DNA of 64,000 nt from Alphaproteobacteria bacterium (lineage in GTDB: Bacteria; Pseudomonadota; Alphaproteobacteria; UBA8366; JADFVY01). The stretch's first letter is position 1; every line of letters begins with the position of its first letter. Both the position numbers and the translations under genes were made by a program. The notes under the pieces were generated by a model, which saw nothing but the letters and a program-made list of their open reading frames with translations, did no database searches and was not told the DNA's origin. Shown piece by piece: positions 18,075 through 27,881 of this stretch. The stretch spans positions 147 through 64,146 of the forward strand of contig JBFGQV010000002.1 of NCBI GenBank assembly GCA_041563955.1, written 5' to 3'.

Positions 18075-19013
18075 TCAGGAACGCTCGATCAGCCATATCA
18101 GGCCGGAGACCGTCGCCGCGCCGAGCGCCGTCGACAGGACGATGGTGGTGCCGGCGGTCGCCGTACCGGCGCCGTAGCGGTTGGCGAAGATGAAGACGTT
18201 GACCCCGGTCGGCATCGCCGACAGCAGGGTCACCGCGCCGGCCCAAATCGGATCGAGGCCGAACACGCGGGTCGCCAGCAGCCAGACGATCAGCGGCTGG
18301 ACGACGAGCTTGAGGGCGGAGATGACCAGCGCCTCGGCGACGTGGCCCGTGATGCGATACCGGGCCAGCGTGCCGCCGAGCACGAACAGCGCGACCGGCG
18401 CGCCGGCGCCGCCGAGCATGCGAATGATGTCGTCGACCGGCCCGGGCAGGGGCGGGCCGATCCGGCCGTACACGACGCCGCCGATCAGCCCGATGACGAG
18501 GGGATTGCGGATCAGGTCGAAAAGCGTTTCGCGAAGGCCACCCAGCATCGCGCCGGCGCGCCGCTGTCCCATGCCCAGGACGATCACCAGCAGCGGCAGC
18601 AGGACGGCGTTGTGGACGCCGATCACGAGGAACAGGGGCACCGAGCCCGCGTCTCCGAAGACCGCCAGGACGATCGGGATGCCGAGCAGCACGAGGTTCG
18701 AGAAGCAGGCGCTGCCCGCGAAGGCGCCCTGCTCGGACAACCCCTTGCGGAAGACCAGCGCCGCGATCAGCATCCCCGCGCCGAACACCGCGTAGATGCC
18801 GAGGTAATACGACAGAAGCACGTCCCATGGGATGTCGTCGGGCAGCCGCGCGGTGGCCAGGGTGCGGAACAGCAGCAGCGGGATCGCGACGCTGAAGACG
18901 AAGTGGGAGATGCCGTCGATCGCCGCCGGTCCGAAGACGCCGGCGCGGGCGAGCACCCAGCCGACCACGACGATGCCGAAGACCGGCGCGACGATTTCGA
19001 GAACGCTTTCCAA
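18075..19013 (-). CDS. AEC (auxin efflux carrier) family transporter, copy 2 (paralogue of the adjacent gene)
   Basis: A TTG at 19013 gives LESVLEIVAPVFGIVVVGW, collinear with copy 1 over its whole length. Confidence 0.8.
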   Translation of the reverse strand: MESVLEIVAPVFGIVVVGWVLARAGVFGPAAIDGISHFVFSVAIPLLLFRTLATARLPDDIPWDVLLSYYLGIYAVFGAGMLIAALVFRKGLSEQGAFAGSACFSNLVLLGIPIVLAVFGDAGSVPLFLVIGVHNAVLLPLLVIVLGMGQRRAGAMLGGLRETLFDLIRNPLVIGLIGGVVYGRIGPPLPGPVDDIIRMLGGAGAPVALFVLGGTLARYRITGHVAEALVISALKLVVQPLIVWLLATRVFGLDPIWAGAVTLLSAMPTGVNVFIFANRYGAGTATAGTTIVLSTALGAATVSGLIWLIERS

Positions 19014-19190
19014 GGGTCGGGGCTCGGCCGAATCAAGGCAGGGGCGACGGTGCGGAGGTTCGACAGTCGCCGATCGCCAACCCACTTGCAAGGCCGAAAG
19101 CGGCAGCGCGCCCGCGGAGCGTACGAATTCTGTGGACTTGCCGGGCGTCAGCGCACATATGTCCGGAGCAGAAGTTTGCGGATACCCCTG

Positions 19191-19445
19191 ATGTCTGACC
19201 TGTGGATCTATCACCGCCGCCCGTCCAGCCTAGTCCGTTACCGTCACGGCGGGGCGGCAGCGTTCGACCCGGCCATGCGGTCGCCGTTGGCGAAGGCCGT
19301 GGTCCAGGCCGCGGCAGTCGAACCCGGCGACGACGAGAAGATCCTGCAGTTTCCCCTGCCGCCCCAGGCGCCGCGGCCGCCGCGGTCGAGCAAGCGGCGG
19401 CGGGGCCGCGTGAAGCCAACGAAACCAAAGAAGCGGGACAGCTAG
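19191..19445 (+). CDS. Hypothetical small protein with strongly basic C-terminal tail
   Basis: ATG at 19191, 84 aa (MSDLWIYHRRPSS...KRRRGRVKPTKPKKRDS). Third codon positions are mostly G/C. It sits in an otherwise unassigned gap, and its stop overlaps the ecm stop by 4 nt. I recognise no homology. Confidence 0.3.
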   Translation: MSDLWIYHRRPSSLVRYRHGGAAAFDPAMRSPLAKAVVQAAAVEPGDDEKILQFPLPPQAPRPPRSSKRRRGRVKPTKPKKRDS

Positions 19446-21463
19446 GAGCCCGCTGCGCCCTCAAGCAGCTCGACGATCTCTTCCAGCGTCCGGTTCAGCT
19501 CATAGTCCTTGGGCGTGTAGATCCGGGCCACCCCCATATTGATGAGCGCGCCCTGGTCGGCCGGCGGGATGATGCCGCCGACCACGACCGGCACATCGCC
19601 GAGCCCCGCCTCACGCAGCAGCTGGATGACTTCGCGCACCAGCTCGACGTGGCTGCCGGACAGGATCGACAGGCCGACGACATTGGCCTGCGTGCGTTTG
19701 ACGGACTCAACGATCTCGCTTGGTGTCTGCCGGATGCCCTCATAGACTACATCGAACCCCGCCAGCTGCGCCCGCAGGGCGACCTGCTCGGCGCCGTTGG
19801 AATGCCCGTCCAGTCCCGGCTTGCCGACCACCATGGTGACCGCGCGGCCGAGACGTGCGTTCAGCGCGTCGACCCGCGCCGAAAGCGACGAAAGCCGCGC
19901 GTCGGTGGTTTCGGCCTTGTCCCCGACGCCGGTCGGCGCCCGGTACTCCCCGAACACCCGGCGCAGCGCATCGCCCCATTCGCCGGTCGTCACGCCGGCG
20001 TGGGCGCAGGCGATCGACGCCTCCATGACGTTCTCGCCGTCGCGGGCGGCCCGTTCCAGGTGCGCCAGTGCGGCGCCGGCCGCCGCACCGTCGCGCGCCG
20101 CGCGCCACGCGACGAGGTTGCGGATCTGCGCGTCTTCCGCCGTGTGATCGACGTGCAACACCGTCCCGTCATCCGCGGTAAGCGGCGACTCCGCCCCGTC
20201 GGTGTAGACGTTCACGCCGACCACCGGCTGCGCCCCCGACTCGATCGCCGCAACGCGCGCCGCGTTGGAGCGGACCAGCTGCGCCTTCATGTACCCGGAT
20301 TCGACCGCGGCGACGGCGCCGCCCATCGCCTCGATGACGGCCAGCTCGGCGCGCGCCTCGTCCTTGAGTTCCGCGACCTTCGCCGCGATCACGGGCGAGC
20401 CGTCGAACAGGTCGGCGAACTCCAGAAGGTCCGTCTCATGGGCGACGATCTGCTGCAGCCGAAGGCTCCACTGCTGGTCCCACGGGCGCGGCAGGCCGAG
20501 GGCCTCGTTCCAGGCGGGGAGCTGGATGGCGCGGGCGCGGGCGTTCTTCGACAGCACCACGGCGAGCATCTCGAGCAGGATGCGATAGACGTTGTTCTCC
20601 GGCTGCTGTTCCGTCAGCCCCAGCGAATTGACCTGCACGCCATAGCGGAAGCGGCGGAGCTTCTCGTCCGCGATGCCGTAGCGGTCGCGGCACAGCTCGT
20701 CCCACAGCTCGGTGAACGCGCGCATCTTGCACATTTCGGTAACGAAACGAATGCCCGCATTGACGAAAAAGCTGATGCGTCCAACGGCTTGCGGGAAGTC
20801 CGCCGCCGCGACCTGGCCGCCGGCGCGCAGGCGGTCGAGCACCGCCATCGCATTGGCCAGCGCGTAGGCGAGCTCCTGGGCCGGCGTCGCCCCCGCCTCC
20901 TGCAAATGGTAGGAACAGATGTTGATCGGGTTCCATTTGGGAATCTCGCGGCAGGTAAACGCGATCACGTCCTCGGTGAGCCGAAGGCTCGCGGCCGGCG
21001 GAAAGATGTGGGTGCCGCGCGACAGGTACTCCTTGACGACATCGTTCTGGGTGGTGCCGGCGAGGTCCGCGCGGGCCGCGCCCTGCCGTTCCGCCGCCGC
21101 GACGTACAGCGCCAGCAGCCAGGCGGCCGGCGCGTTGATCGTCATCGACGTGTTCATGCGGGCCAGCGGGATGTCCTCGAACAGGGCCTCCATGTCGCCG
21201 AGATGCGAGACCGGCACGCCGACCTTGCCGACCTCGCCGCGGGCCAGCGCATGGTCGCTGTCGTAGGCCGTCTGGGTCGGCAGGTCGAAGGCGACCGACA
21301 GCCCGGTCTGGCCGCGTTGCAGATTTGTGCGGTACAGCGCGTTGGAGGCGGCCGCCGAGCTGTGGCCGGAATAGGTGCGGATCAGCCAGGGCCGGTCGCG
21401 ATCCGGCCGGTCCGGCCCCGGGTCAGCCGTCGGAGACCCTTTGTTTTGTCGCGATTTTCCCAT
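19442..21463 (-). CDS. ecm: Ethylmalonyl-CoA mutase (MeaA/Ecm; B12-dependent acyl-CoA mutase with fused cobalamin-binding domain)
   Basis: 673-aa single-chain mutase. PWLIRTYSGHSS...GQTGLSVAFDLPTQTAYDSDHALARGEVGKVGVPV is the MeaA-type substrate-domain signature. The C-terminus carries the B12 domain (VVGKPGLDGHSNGAEQV, DxHxxG). Divergent from ccr. Confidence 0.85.
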   Translation of the reverse strand: MGKSRQNKGSPTADPGPDRPDRDRPWLIRTYSGHSSAAASNALYRTNLQRGQTGLSVAFDLPTQTAYDSDHALARGEVGKVGVPVSHLGDMEALFEDIPLARMNTSMTINAPAAWLLALYVAAAERQGAARADLAGTTQNDVVKEYLSRGTHIFPPAASLRLTEDVIAFTCREIPKWNPINICSYHLQEAGATPAQELAYALANAMAVLDRLRAGGQVAAADFPQAVGRISFFVNAGIRFVTEMCKMRAFTELWDELCRDRYGIADEKLRRFRYGVQVNSLGLTEQQPENNVYRILLEMLAVVLSKNARARAIQLPAWNEALGLPRPWDQQWSLRLQQIVAHETDLLEFADLFDGSPVIAAKVAELKDEARAELAVIEAMGGAVAAVESGYMKAQLVRSNAARVAAIESGAQPVVGVNVYTDGAESPLTADDGTVLHVDHTAEDAQIRNLVAWRAARDGAAAGAALAHLERAARDGENVMEASIACAHAGVTTGEWGDALRRVFGEYRAPTGVGDKAETTDARLSSLSARVDALNARLGRAVTMVVGKPGLDGHSNGAEQVALRAQLAGFDVVYEGIRQTPSEIVESVKRTQANVVGLSILSGSHVELVREVIQLLREAGLGDVPVVVGGIIPPADQGALINMGVARIYTPKDYELNRTLEEIVELLEGAAGS

Positions 21464-21562
21464 TCTTCCCGTATCCCGGTGTGATTCGAACCGGTGCGCC
21501 CGCGTGCTCGACCGCGGTCATAATGTGTTATGATCGGCCTTCAATCTGAAACAAGCTGTCTT

Positions 21563-21601
21563 ATTGTGCAATGCAAAATTTTGGTGTACCGATTGTGCAA
21601 T
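21563..21601. promoter_or_regulatory. Two copies of the pseudo-palindrome ATTGTGCAAT in the ecm-ccr divergent intergenic region (candidate operator)
   Basis: ATTGTGCAAT occurs at 21563-21572 and 21592-21601, in the most AT-rich part of the 177-bp intergenic region. The first copy extends into TGCAATGCA (TGC-N3-GCA). Confidence 0.4.
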
Positions 21602-21640
21602 CGCAGCATGGAAACGGACTCTCGCGGAGACGGGCAAGAG

Positions 21641-22921
21641 ATGAGCAAGCCAGCTGAAGTCGTCGATATCACGGCGAATCTGCCGAAGAAGGACCTGTAC
21701 GAGATCGGCGAAATTCCCCCGCTCGGCCATGTGCCGAAACAGATGTATGCCTGGGCGATCCGGCGTGAGCGTCACGGCGAGCCGGAGGAGGCCATGCAGG
21801 TCGAGGTCCTCGAGGTGCCGCCGATCGACAGCCACGAGGTGCTGGTCATGGTGATGTCCGCGGGCGTCAACTACAACGGCGTTTGGGCGTCGCTCGGCGT
21901 GCCGGTCTCGGTGTTCGACGTGCACAAGGCGGACTACCACATCGCCGGCTCGGACGCCGCCGGCATCGTCTGGGCGGTCGGCTCCAAGGTCAAGCGCTGG
22001 AAGGTCGGAGACGAGGTCGTGGTGCACTGCAACCAGGACGACGGCGACGACGAGGAGTGCAACGGCGGCGACCCGATGTTCTCGCCGTCGCAGCGCATCT
22101 GGGGCTACGAGACGCCGGACGGCTCCTTTGCTCAGTTCACCCGCGTGCAGGCGCAGCAGTTGATGCCGCGGCCCCAGCACCTGACCTGGGAGGAGAGCGG
22201 CTGCTACATCCTGACCCTGGCGACCGCCTACCGCATGCTGTTCGGGCACCGGCCGCATACCTTGAAGCCGAGCCAGAACGTGCTGGTCTGGGGCGCCTCG
22301 GGCGGACTCGGCTCGATGGCGATCCAGCTGATCGCGACGGCCGGCGGCAACGCCATCGGCGTGATCTCGGACGAGAGCAAGCGCGATTTCGTCGTGCAGA
22401 TGGGCGCACGCGGCATCATCAACCGCAGGGATTTCAATTGCTGGGGTCGCCTGCCCGAGGTCGGGTCCTCGGAGTTCAACGACTACATGAAGGAGGTCCG
22501 CAAGTTCGGCAAGGCGATCTGGGACCACACCGGCAAGGGCAACGACGTCGACTTCGTGTTCGAGCATCCCGGCGAGGCGACGTTTCCGGTCTCCTGCTTC
22601 GTCGTCAAGCGCGGCGGCATGGTGGTGTTCTGCGCCGGTACCACGGGCTACAACCTGACCTTCGACGCGCGCTTCGTGTGGATGCGCCAGAAGCGCATCC
22701 AGGGCAGCCATTTCGCCAACCTGATGCAGGCCAGCCAGGCCAACAAGCTGATGGTCGAGCGGCGCATCGACCCGTGCATGTCGGAGGTGTTCGCCTGGGA
22801 CGACATCCCCCGCGCCCACGCCAAGATGCGCGCCAACGAGCACAAGCCGGGCAACATGGCGGTGCTGGTGCAGGCGAAACGCCCGGGACTGCGCACCTTC
22901 GAGGACGTCGTCGAGGGATAG
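21641..22921 (+). CDS. ccr: Crotonyl-CoA carboxylase/reductase
   Basis: From the ATG at 21641: ...KKDLYEIGEIPPLGHVPKQMYAWAIRRERHGEP...SHEVLVMVMSAGVNYNG, nearly collinear with characterised Ccr N-termini. About 426 aa. Confidence 0.9.
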   Translation: MSKPAEVVDITANLPKKDLYEIGEIPPLGHVPKQMYAWAIRRERHGEPEEAMQVEVLEVPPIDSHEVLVMVMSAGVNYNGVWASLGVPVSVFDVHKADYHIAGSDAAGIVWAVGSKVKRWKVGDEVVVHCNQDDGDDEECNGGDPMFSPSQRIWGYETPDGSFAQFTRVQAQQLMPRPQHLTWEESGCYILTLATAYRMLFGHRPHTLKPSQNVLVWGASGGLGSMAIQLIATAGGNAIGVISDESKRDFVVQMGARGIINRRDFNCWGRLPEVGSSEFNDYMKEVRKFGKAIWDHTGKGNDVDFVFEHPGEATFPVSCFVVKRGGMVVFCAGTTGYNLTFDARFVWMRQKRIQGSHFANLMQASQANKLMVERRIDPCMSEVFAWDDIPRAHAKMRANEHKPGNMAVLVQAKRPGLRTFEDVVEG

Positions 22922-23055
22922 CGCGTGAGGGCCTACGGCATCGCCCGGCACCCCTGGGCGGACATGCGGGGCCGTGCCGATGGTAACCGAATGTTAGGTG
23001 AATCCGGTCTATGCCGGCGGCGCAGGACGTCTGGATTCATGGGTTGGACGATGTC

Positions 23056-24369
23056 ATGCGGCTTTGGCTCGTACTTTTCGTGTCCGTTGCGGTCGCCGGT
23101 TGCGCGGGGGATCCGTACACAGCCGTCGCGCCGGAGAAATGCGTCGGCTGCGACAGTAGCGGCGTGGCAAAGCGTGCGCAGGCCGCGGCCAAGGGGCGGA
23201 CCGAGCCGGTACCGAAATGTTCCGTGCCGGAAGAGGATTCCCCGATGGTGAGCTTCTCGCGCGGCGTCGACCCGGCCCGGATGCTGACGGTGGCTGCGGT
23301 CGGCGACGTGCTGCTGCACGACCGGCTGCAGAAATACGCCGCCGGCCACAAGGACGGGTTCTACGCGATGATGGAACCGGTGGCCGACATCATCCGGGCC
23401 GCGGATGTCTCGTTCGCCAATCTCGAGGGGCCGGCGGCGGCCGGGGTTACGGCCAGCGGCCGCAAGGTGAAGGAACCGGCGGGCCGCTATGACGGCAGGA
23501 TCTACGCCGGCTACCCGAGCTTCAACTATCACCCGTCGATCGCCGCCGATCTGAAGCGGGCCGGTTTCGACGTCGTGCTGACCGCCAACAACCACGCGCT
23601 GGACCGGCTGTCCGCCGGGGCCGACGGGACCGTCCGCGCGCTCGAGGCGGTCGGGCTGTCCTTTACGGGCAGTCGCGCGAAGACGGACAAGGACCGGCCA
23701 TGGCATACGATCACGCCGGTCGCCGGGGCGGGCGGCATGTTCAACATCGCCTGGCTGGGCTGCACCTACGGCGTCAACGAACAGCCGGATCCGCACCGCC
23801 AGATCCTCAACTGCTTCGAGGACCGCGACCTGATCCTCGAGCATATCGCGGCCCTGCGCACCCGCAAGGACGTACACGGCGTGATCTTCGCGCCGCACTG
23901 GGGCACCGAGTACCGGCACAAGCCCAACAAGAAGCAGAAGGCGCTGGCCTACGATGCGCTGGAAGCCGGGGCCATCGCCGTCCTCGGCACGCACAGCCAC
24001 GTCGTCTCGCCATGGGAGAAGTACGTCACGGGGGACGGCCGCGAGACCTTCATCACCTACTCGCTGGGCAATTTCGTGAGCAACCAGGAAGGGCTGGCGC
24101 GCCGGGCCTCGCTCATCCTGTTGCTCGGCCTGACGCCCGACGCGACCGGCGAGGAACTGGCGGTGGCGGCGGCGGGATGGATCCCGATCCACATGTACCG
24201 GGCGGACGGCAAGGGAATAAAGGGTCCCATCCATGCCGAAGCCATTGACCGGACGAACGGCCGCAAGAGGGCCATGGACCTGCTGCTGAAACACCTGCCG
24301 GCGGACAACATCCATCCGCCGACCACCGATTTCTGGGCGGGCAACGCCTGCCGACCGGCAATATCCTAG
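23056..24369 (+). CDS. CapA-family (PGA_cap, metallophosphatase-fold) lipoprotein
   Basis: MRLWLVLFVSVAVAGC is a signal peptide plus lipobox. AAVGDVLLH...SFANLEGP...LTANNHALD are the CapA/metallophosphoesterase motifs. Confidence 0.75.
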   Translation: MRLWLVLFVSVAVAGCAGDPYTAVAPEKCVGCDSSGVAKRAQAAAKGRTEPVPKCSVPEEDSPMVSFSRGVDPARMLTVAAVGDVLLHDRLQKYAAGHKDGFYAMMEPVADIIRAADVSFANLEGPAAAGVTASGRKVKEPAGRYDGRIYAGYPSFNYHPSIAADLKRAGFDVVLTANNHALDRLSAGADGTVRALEAVGLSFTGSRAKTDKDRPWHTITPVAGAGGMFNIAWLGCTYGVNEQPDPHRQILNCFEDRDLILEHIAALRTRKDVHGVIFAPHWGTEYRHKPNKKQKALAYDALEAGAIAVLGTHSHVVSPWEKYVTGDGRETFITYSLGNFVSNQEGLARRASLILLLGLTPDATGEELAVAAAGWIPIHMYRADGKGIKGPIHAEAIDRTNGRKRAMDLLLKHLPADNIHPPTTDFWAGNACRPAIS

Positions 24370-24379
24370 GATATCGGGC

Positions 24380-26035
24380 ATGACAACGAACGCCGGCGCG
24401 GCGGATCTCCTCGACACCTGCGCGGGTGCGCTTGCCGCCGCCGAGACGCTGCTGGACGCGGCGCGGTCGGGCGTTGCGGCGGCGGTGCTGCGGGAGGGCC
24501 GGGTCGATGCCGCGCTGCTCGATCGCGAGCAGTTTGCCGTGCACGGCTTCGCCTGGATGGCGACCTATGTCGAGGCGCTGCGCCAGATGCGCGACTGGGC
24601 CGGGCGCTGCCGCGAGGGCGGGTCGTTCGGGGAGCTGGAATCGCTGATCCTGCGGGCGGCGTTCGGCGAGTACTGCGCCCAGCTTTCCGGCGGCATCGCG
24701 TTGAGCCAGGTGGAGGTCGCACGACCCGCCGATATGGGGGTTCCCGAAGCCGCGGTCGAATCCTTCCGCCGGGCAATTCCGGCCATCATATCCTCCGGCA
24801 ACACCGCGGCGGTGCGCCAGCGCATCGCAGAATTGATCGCAGAGGGCAATTTCGGTGCCGCCGCGCTCGGCGACGAGATGCTGGAGATGGTGCGCGACCA
24901 GTTTCGACGCTTCGCGGAGGAGCAGGTGGCCCCGCACTGCCATGAATGGCACAAGCTTGATGCGTTGATTCCCATAGAAATCATCGAGCAGCTCGCCGAA
25001 CTCGGCGTGTTCGGGCTGACCGTGCCGGAGACCCATGGCGGGCTCGGCATGGGCAAGGCGGCGATGTGCGTGGTCACCGAGGAGCTGGCGCGCGGCTATA
25101 TCGGCGTCGGCTCACTGGGCACCCGCTCCGAGATTGCGGCCGAGCTGATCCGCCTCGGCGGCACCGAGGCGCAGAAGGAGACATGGCTGCCCAGGATCGC
25201 CTCCGGCGAGGTCCTGCCGACTGCCGTATTCACCGAGCCCGCCACCGGCTCCGACCTCGGCGCGCTGAAGACGCGCGCGGTGCGCGACGGCGCGGTGTAT
25301 CGGATTATCGGGAACAAGACCTGGATCACCCATGCGGCGCGCAGCGACATCATGACCCTGCTGGCCCGCACCGACCCGGAGTCCAAGGACCATCGCGGCC
25401 TGTCCATGTTCATCGCCGAGAAGCCACGCGGCACGGATGCGGACCCGTTCCCGGCACAGGGCATGACCGGCACCGAGATTCGCGTGCTCGGCTATCGCGG
25501 CATGAAGGAATACGAGATCGGCTTCGACAACTTCGCGGTCGCGGCGGAGAATCTGCTTGGCGGCGAAGAGGGGCAGGGATTCCGGCAGCTCATGGCGACC
25601 TTCGAATCGGCCCGCGTGCAGACGGCGGCGCGCGCTGTCGGCGTCGCCCAGAACGCGATGGAGCTGGGTCTCGCCTACGCCAGGGACCGCATCCAGTTCG
25701 GTCGGCCGATCGCCGAATTCCCGCGCGTCGCCGGCAAGCTCGCCTGGATGGCGGTGGAAACCATGATCGCCCGCCAGATCACCCTGTTCGCGGCGCGCGA
25801 GAAGGATTCCGACCGCCGCTGCGACATCGAGGCCGGCATGGCCAAGCTGCTGGCCGCCCGCGTCGCCTGGGCCAATGCGGACAACGCGCTGCAGATCCAC
25901 GGCGGCAACGGCTATGCCGAGGAGTATGAGATCTCGCGGGTGCTATGCGACGCCAGAATTCTGAACATCTTCGAGGGCGCCGCCGAGATCCAGGCGCAGG
26001 TCATCGCCCGCGGCCTGCTGAGTCGGCGCAATTGA
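24380..26035 (+). CDS. mcd: (2S)-Methylsuccinyl-CoA dehydrogenase-like acyl-CoA dehydrogenase with ~170-aa N-terminal extension
   Basis: 551 aa, against ~380 aa for standard ACADs. The ACAD core includes TEPATGSDL, KTWITHA and IHGGNGYAEEYEISR. The long N-terminal extension and the position next to ccr/ecm/etfBA fit Mcd of the ethylmalonyl-CoA pathway. Confidence 0.7.
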   Translation: MTTNAGAADLLDTCAGALAAAETLLDAARSGVAAAVLREGRVDAALLDREQFAVHGFAWMATYVEALRQMRDWAGRCREGGSFGELESLILRAAFGEYCAQLSGGIALSQVEVARPADMGVPEAAVESFRRAIPAIISSGNTAAVRQRIAELIAEGNFGAAALGDEMLEMVRDQFRRFAEEQVAPHCHEWHKLDALIPIEIIEQLAELGVFGLTVPETHGGLGMGKAAMCVVTEELARGYIGVGSLGTRSEIAAELIRLGGTEAQKETWLPRIASGEVLPTAVFTEPATGSDLGALKTRAVRDGAVYRIIGNKTWITHAARSDIMTLLARTDPESKDHRGLSMFIAEKPRGTDADPFPAQGMTGTEIRVLGYRGMKEYEIGFDNFAVAAENLLGGEEGQGFRQLMATFESARVQTAARAVGVAQNAMELGLAYARDRIQFGRPIAEFPRVAGKLAWMAVETMIARQITLFAAREKDSDRRCDIEAGMAKLLAARVAWANADNALQIHGGNGYAEEYEISRVLCDARILNIFEGAAEIQAQVIARGLLSRRN

Positions 26036-26135
26036 AAAATCTCTTTGTTGCCACAATCTCTTAAGCCTTTTTGAACCGTTAATGCCCTAGCCTGTAGCGC
26101 AATCTGGTCCGCCTTTGACAGGGGACGCAATTGCG

Positions 26136-27800
26136 ATGGCCAAGAGAGCATCGGCGCGCGAAGAGGCGCTGGAACTGCTTGCGGGCAGAACCGCATTCGG
26201 CGCTGCGTTTTTCGACGTGGCGGCGGAGGCGCTCGTCTCGGGCCTCGATTACCGGCTAGGCGGTGTCGGCCTCCTGTCCGCGGACCGCAAGAACGTTGAG
26301 CTGCTGTCGCTTCACGATCGCAAGGGCAAGGAGGGTGCGCGCAGTTACCCGTTGGCCGGGTCGCCGTGCCAAAGGGCCTACAAGGCCAAAACCAAGCAGC
26401 CGCATGTCTTCATCTCGGGACGCGCCCTGAAGCGCTACACGAATATCGCCGGGCTGGGAAAGGTCGAGGCGACCTGCTATCGCAGCGAGGTGTTCTACGG
26501 CCTGGACGGCAAGCCGGCGGGCCATGTATTCGCGGCCGGAACCCGGGAGGACGACGATGATTCCGACGCGCGGGCGTTCTTCCGGCTCGTAAGCCAGCGT
26601 GTCGGCGCCGAATACAACCGGGGCCTCGCGGAGGAAGCGCTCAAGCAGAGCGAGCTGCGAACGCGCGCCGCCGAGCAGCGCCTGCGGGACGCCGTGGAAA
26701 GCCTGTCCGACGGGTTCGCGCTGTACGATTCCGACGACCGCTTGGTCCTCTATAATCAGAAATGGTTGGAGCTCTACGGATACTCGGAGGAAGACGCCCG
26801 GCCCGGCGTCCTCTATGAGGATCTGGTGCGCCTGGATGCCGCGCGCGAGGCGGTTGCGGGCGACGTTGACGCCTATGTCCGGCAACGGCTGGCTTACCGG
26901 CGGCGGTTCCTCGGCTCGTTCGATCTGCAGCTGCGGGACGGACGCTGGATCACGATACGCGAGCGCGGCACGTCGGACGGCGGCATCGTCGGTGTCCAGA
27001 CCGACATCACCGACCGCATGGAAGCCATCGAATCGCTGCTCGGCGAGAAGACGGCAGCCGAACAGGCCAGCGCAGCGAAATCCGAGGATCTCATCAAGAT
27101 CAGCCACGAATTGCGCACACCGCTCAACGCCATCGCAGGCTTCGGCCATATCATCAAGTCGGCCTCGTTCGGGCCGCTCGGCAATCCGAGATACCAGGAA
27201 TATGCCAGTGACATCGTGGCGGCGGCCGAACATGTGCTCGGATTGATCACGGGAATTCTCGACCGGGCGAAAGCGGACTCCGCCGGCCTGTCGCTGCAGG
27301 AGGAGACCATCGACGTCGCCGAGACGGTCCGCGCGGCGCTGGTGTTTGTGCGCGACGCGGCGGCGAACAAGCGGATCGCCATCGACCTGTATCTCGCCGA
27401 CGACATGCCGAAGCTGCGCGCCGACCCGCGCAAACTCAAGCAGATCCTGCTCAATCTGCTGGCCAACGGGGTCAAATTCACGGCCGAGGGTGGCCGGGTC
27501 ATGGTCATCGTGCGGGCCAACCGCGACGAGGGGTTTGTGTTCGAGATCGCGGATACGGGGCCCGGCATCGCCGACGAGGATATCGATCACGTGCTGCGCG
27601 AATACGGGCAGGTGCACGGCGAGGAACCTGCAAACGAGGAGGGAACCGGTCTCGGGTTGCCGCTGGCGTCGAGCCTCGCGGCGCTACATGACGGGGTGTT
27701 GGAGCTCGACAGCGCGGTCGGATTCGGCACGCTCGTGACCGTGCGACTGCCTTGGGAACGGGCGGTTTTCAACGAGGACGGCCGGCGCGCCAGCGTATGA
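26136..27800 (+). CDS. Soluble PAS-domain sensor histidine kinase (no adjacent response regulator)
   Basis: PAS-like segment LRDAVESLSDGFALYDSDDRLVLYN. H-box ISHELRTPLNAI, N-box LLNLLANGVKFT, G1 ADTGPGI, G2 GTGLGLPLA. No hydrophobic segments. Confidence 0.85.
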   Translation: MAKRASAREEALELLAGRTAFGAAFFDVAAEALVSGLDYRLGGVGLLSADRKNVELLSLHDRKGKEGARSYPLAGSPCQRAYKAKTKQPHVFISGRALKRYTNIAGLGKVEATCYRSEVFYGLDGKPAGHVFAAGTREDDDDSDARAFFRLVSQRVGAEYNRGLAEEALKQSELRTRAAEQRLRDAVESLSDGFALYDSDDRLVLYNQKWLELYGYSEEDARPGVLYEDLVRLDAAREAVAGDVDAYVRQRLAYRRRFLGSFDLQLRDGRWITIRERGTSDGGIVGVQTDITDRMEAIESLLGEKTAAEQASAAKSEDLIKISHELRTPLNAIAGFGHIIKSASFGPLGNPRYQEYASDIVAAAEHVLGLITGILDRAKADSAGLSLQEETIDVAETVRAALVFVRDAAANKRIAIDLYLADDMPKLRADPRKLKQILLNLLANGVKFTAEGGRVMVIVRANRDEGFVFEIADTGPGIADEDIDHVLREYGQVHGEEPANEEGTGLGLPLASSLAALHDGVLELDSAVGFGTLVTVRLPWERAVFNEDGRRASV

Positions 27801-27881
27801 CGCGAGGGACGACCGGCCCGCTTGGCCGCGCCGCACCGCGCCGAGGTGATCGAGCGCCGCGTGCCGTTCGACGGTAATCGA

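Noticed and set aside
19442-21463. The 673-aa B12-dependent mutase as methylmalonyl-CoA mutase.
   Set aside because: The substrate-domain signature (DLPTQTAYDSDHALARGEVGKVGVPV), the single-chain fused architecture and the divergent arrangement with ccr all fit ethylmalonyl-CoA mutase (MeaA) better. A phylogeny would confirm this.
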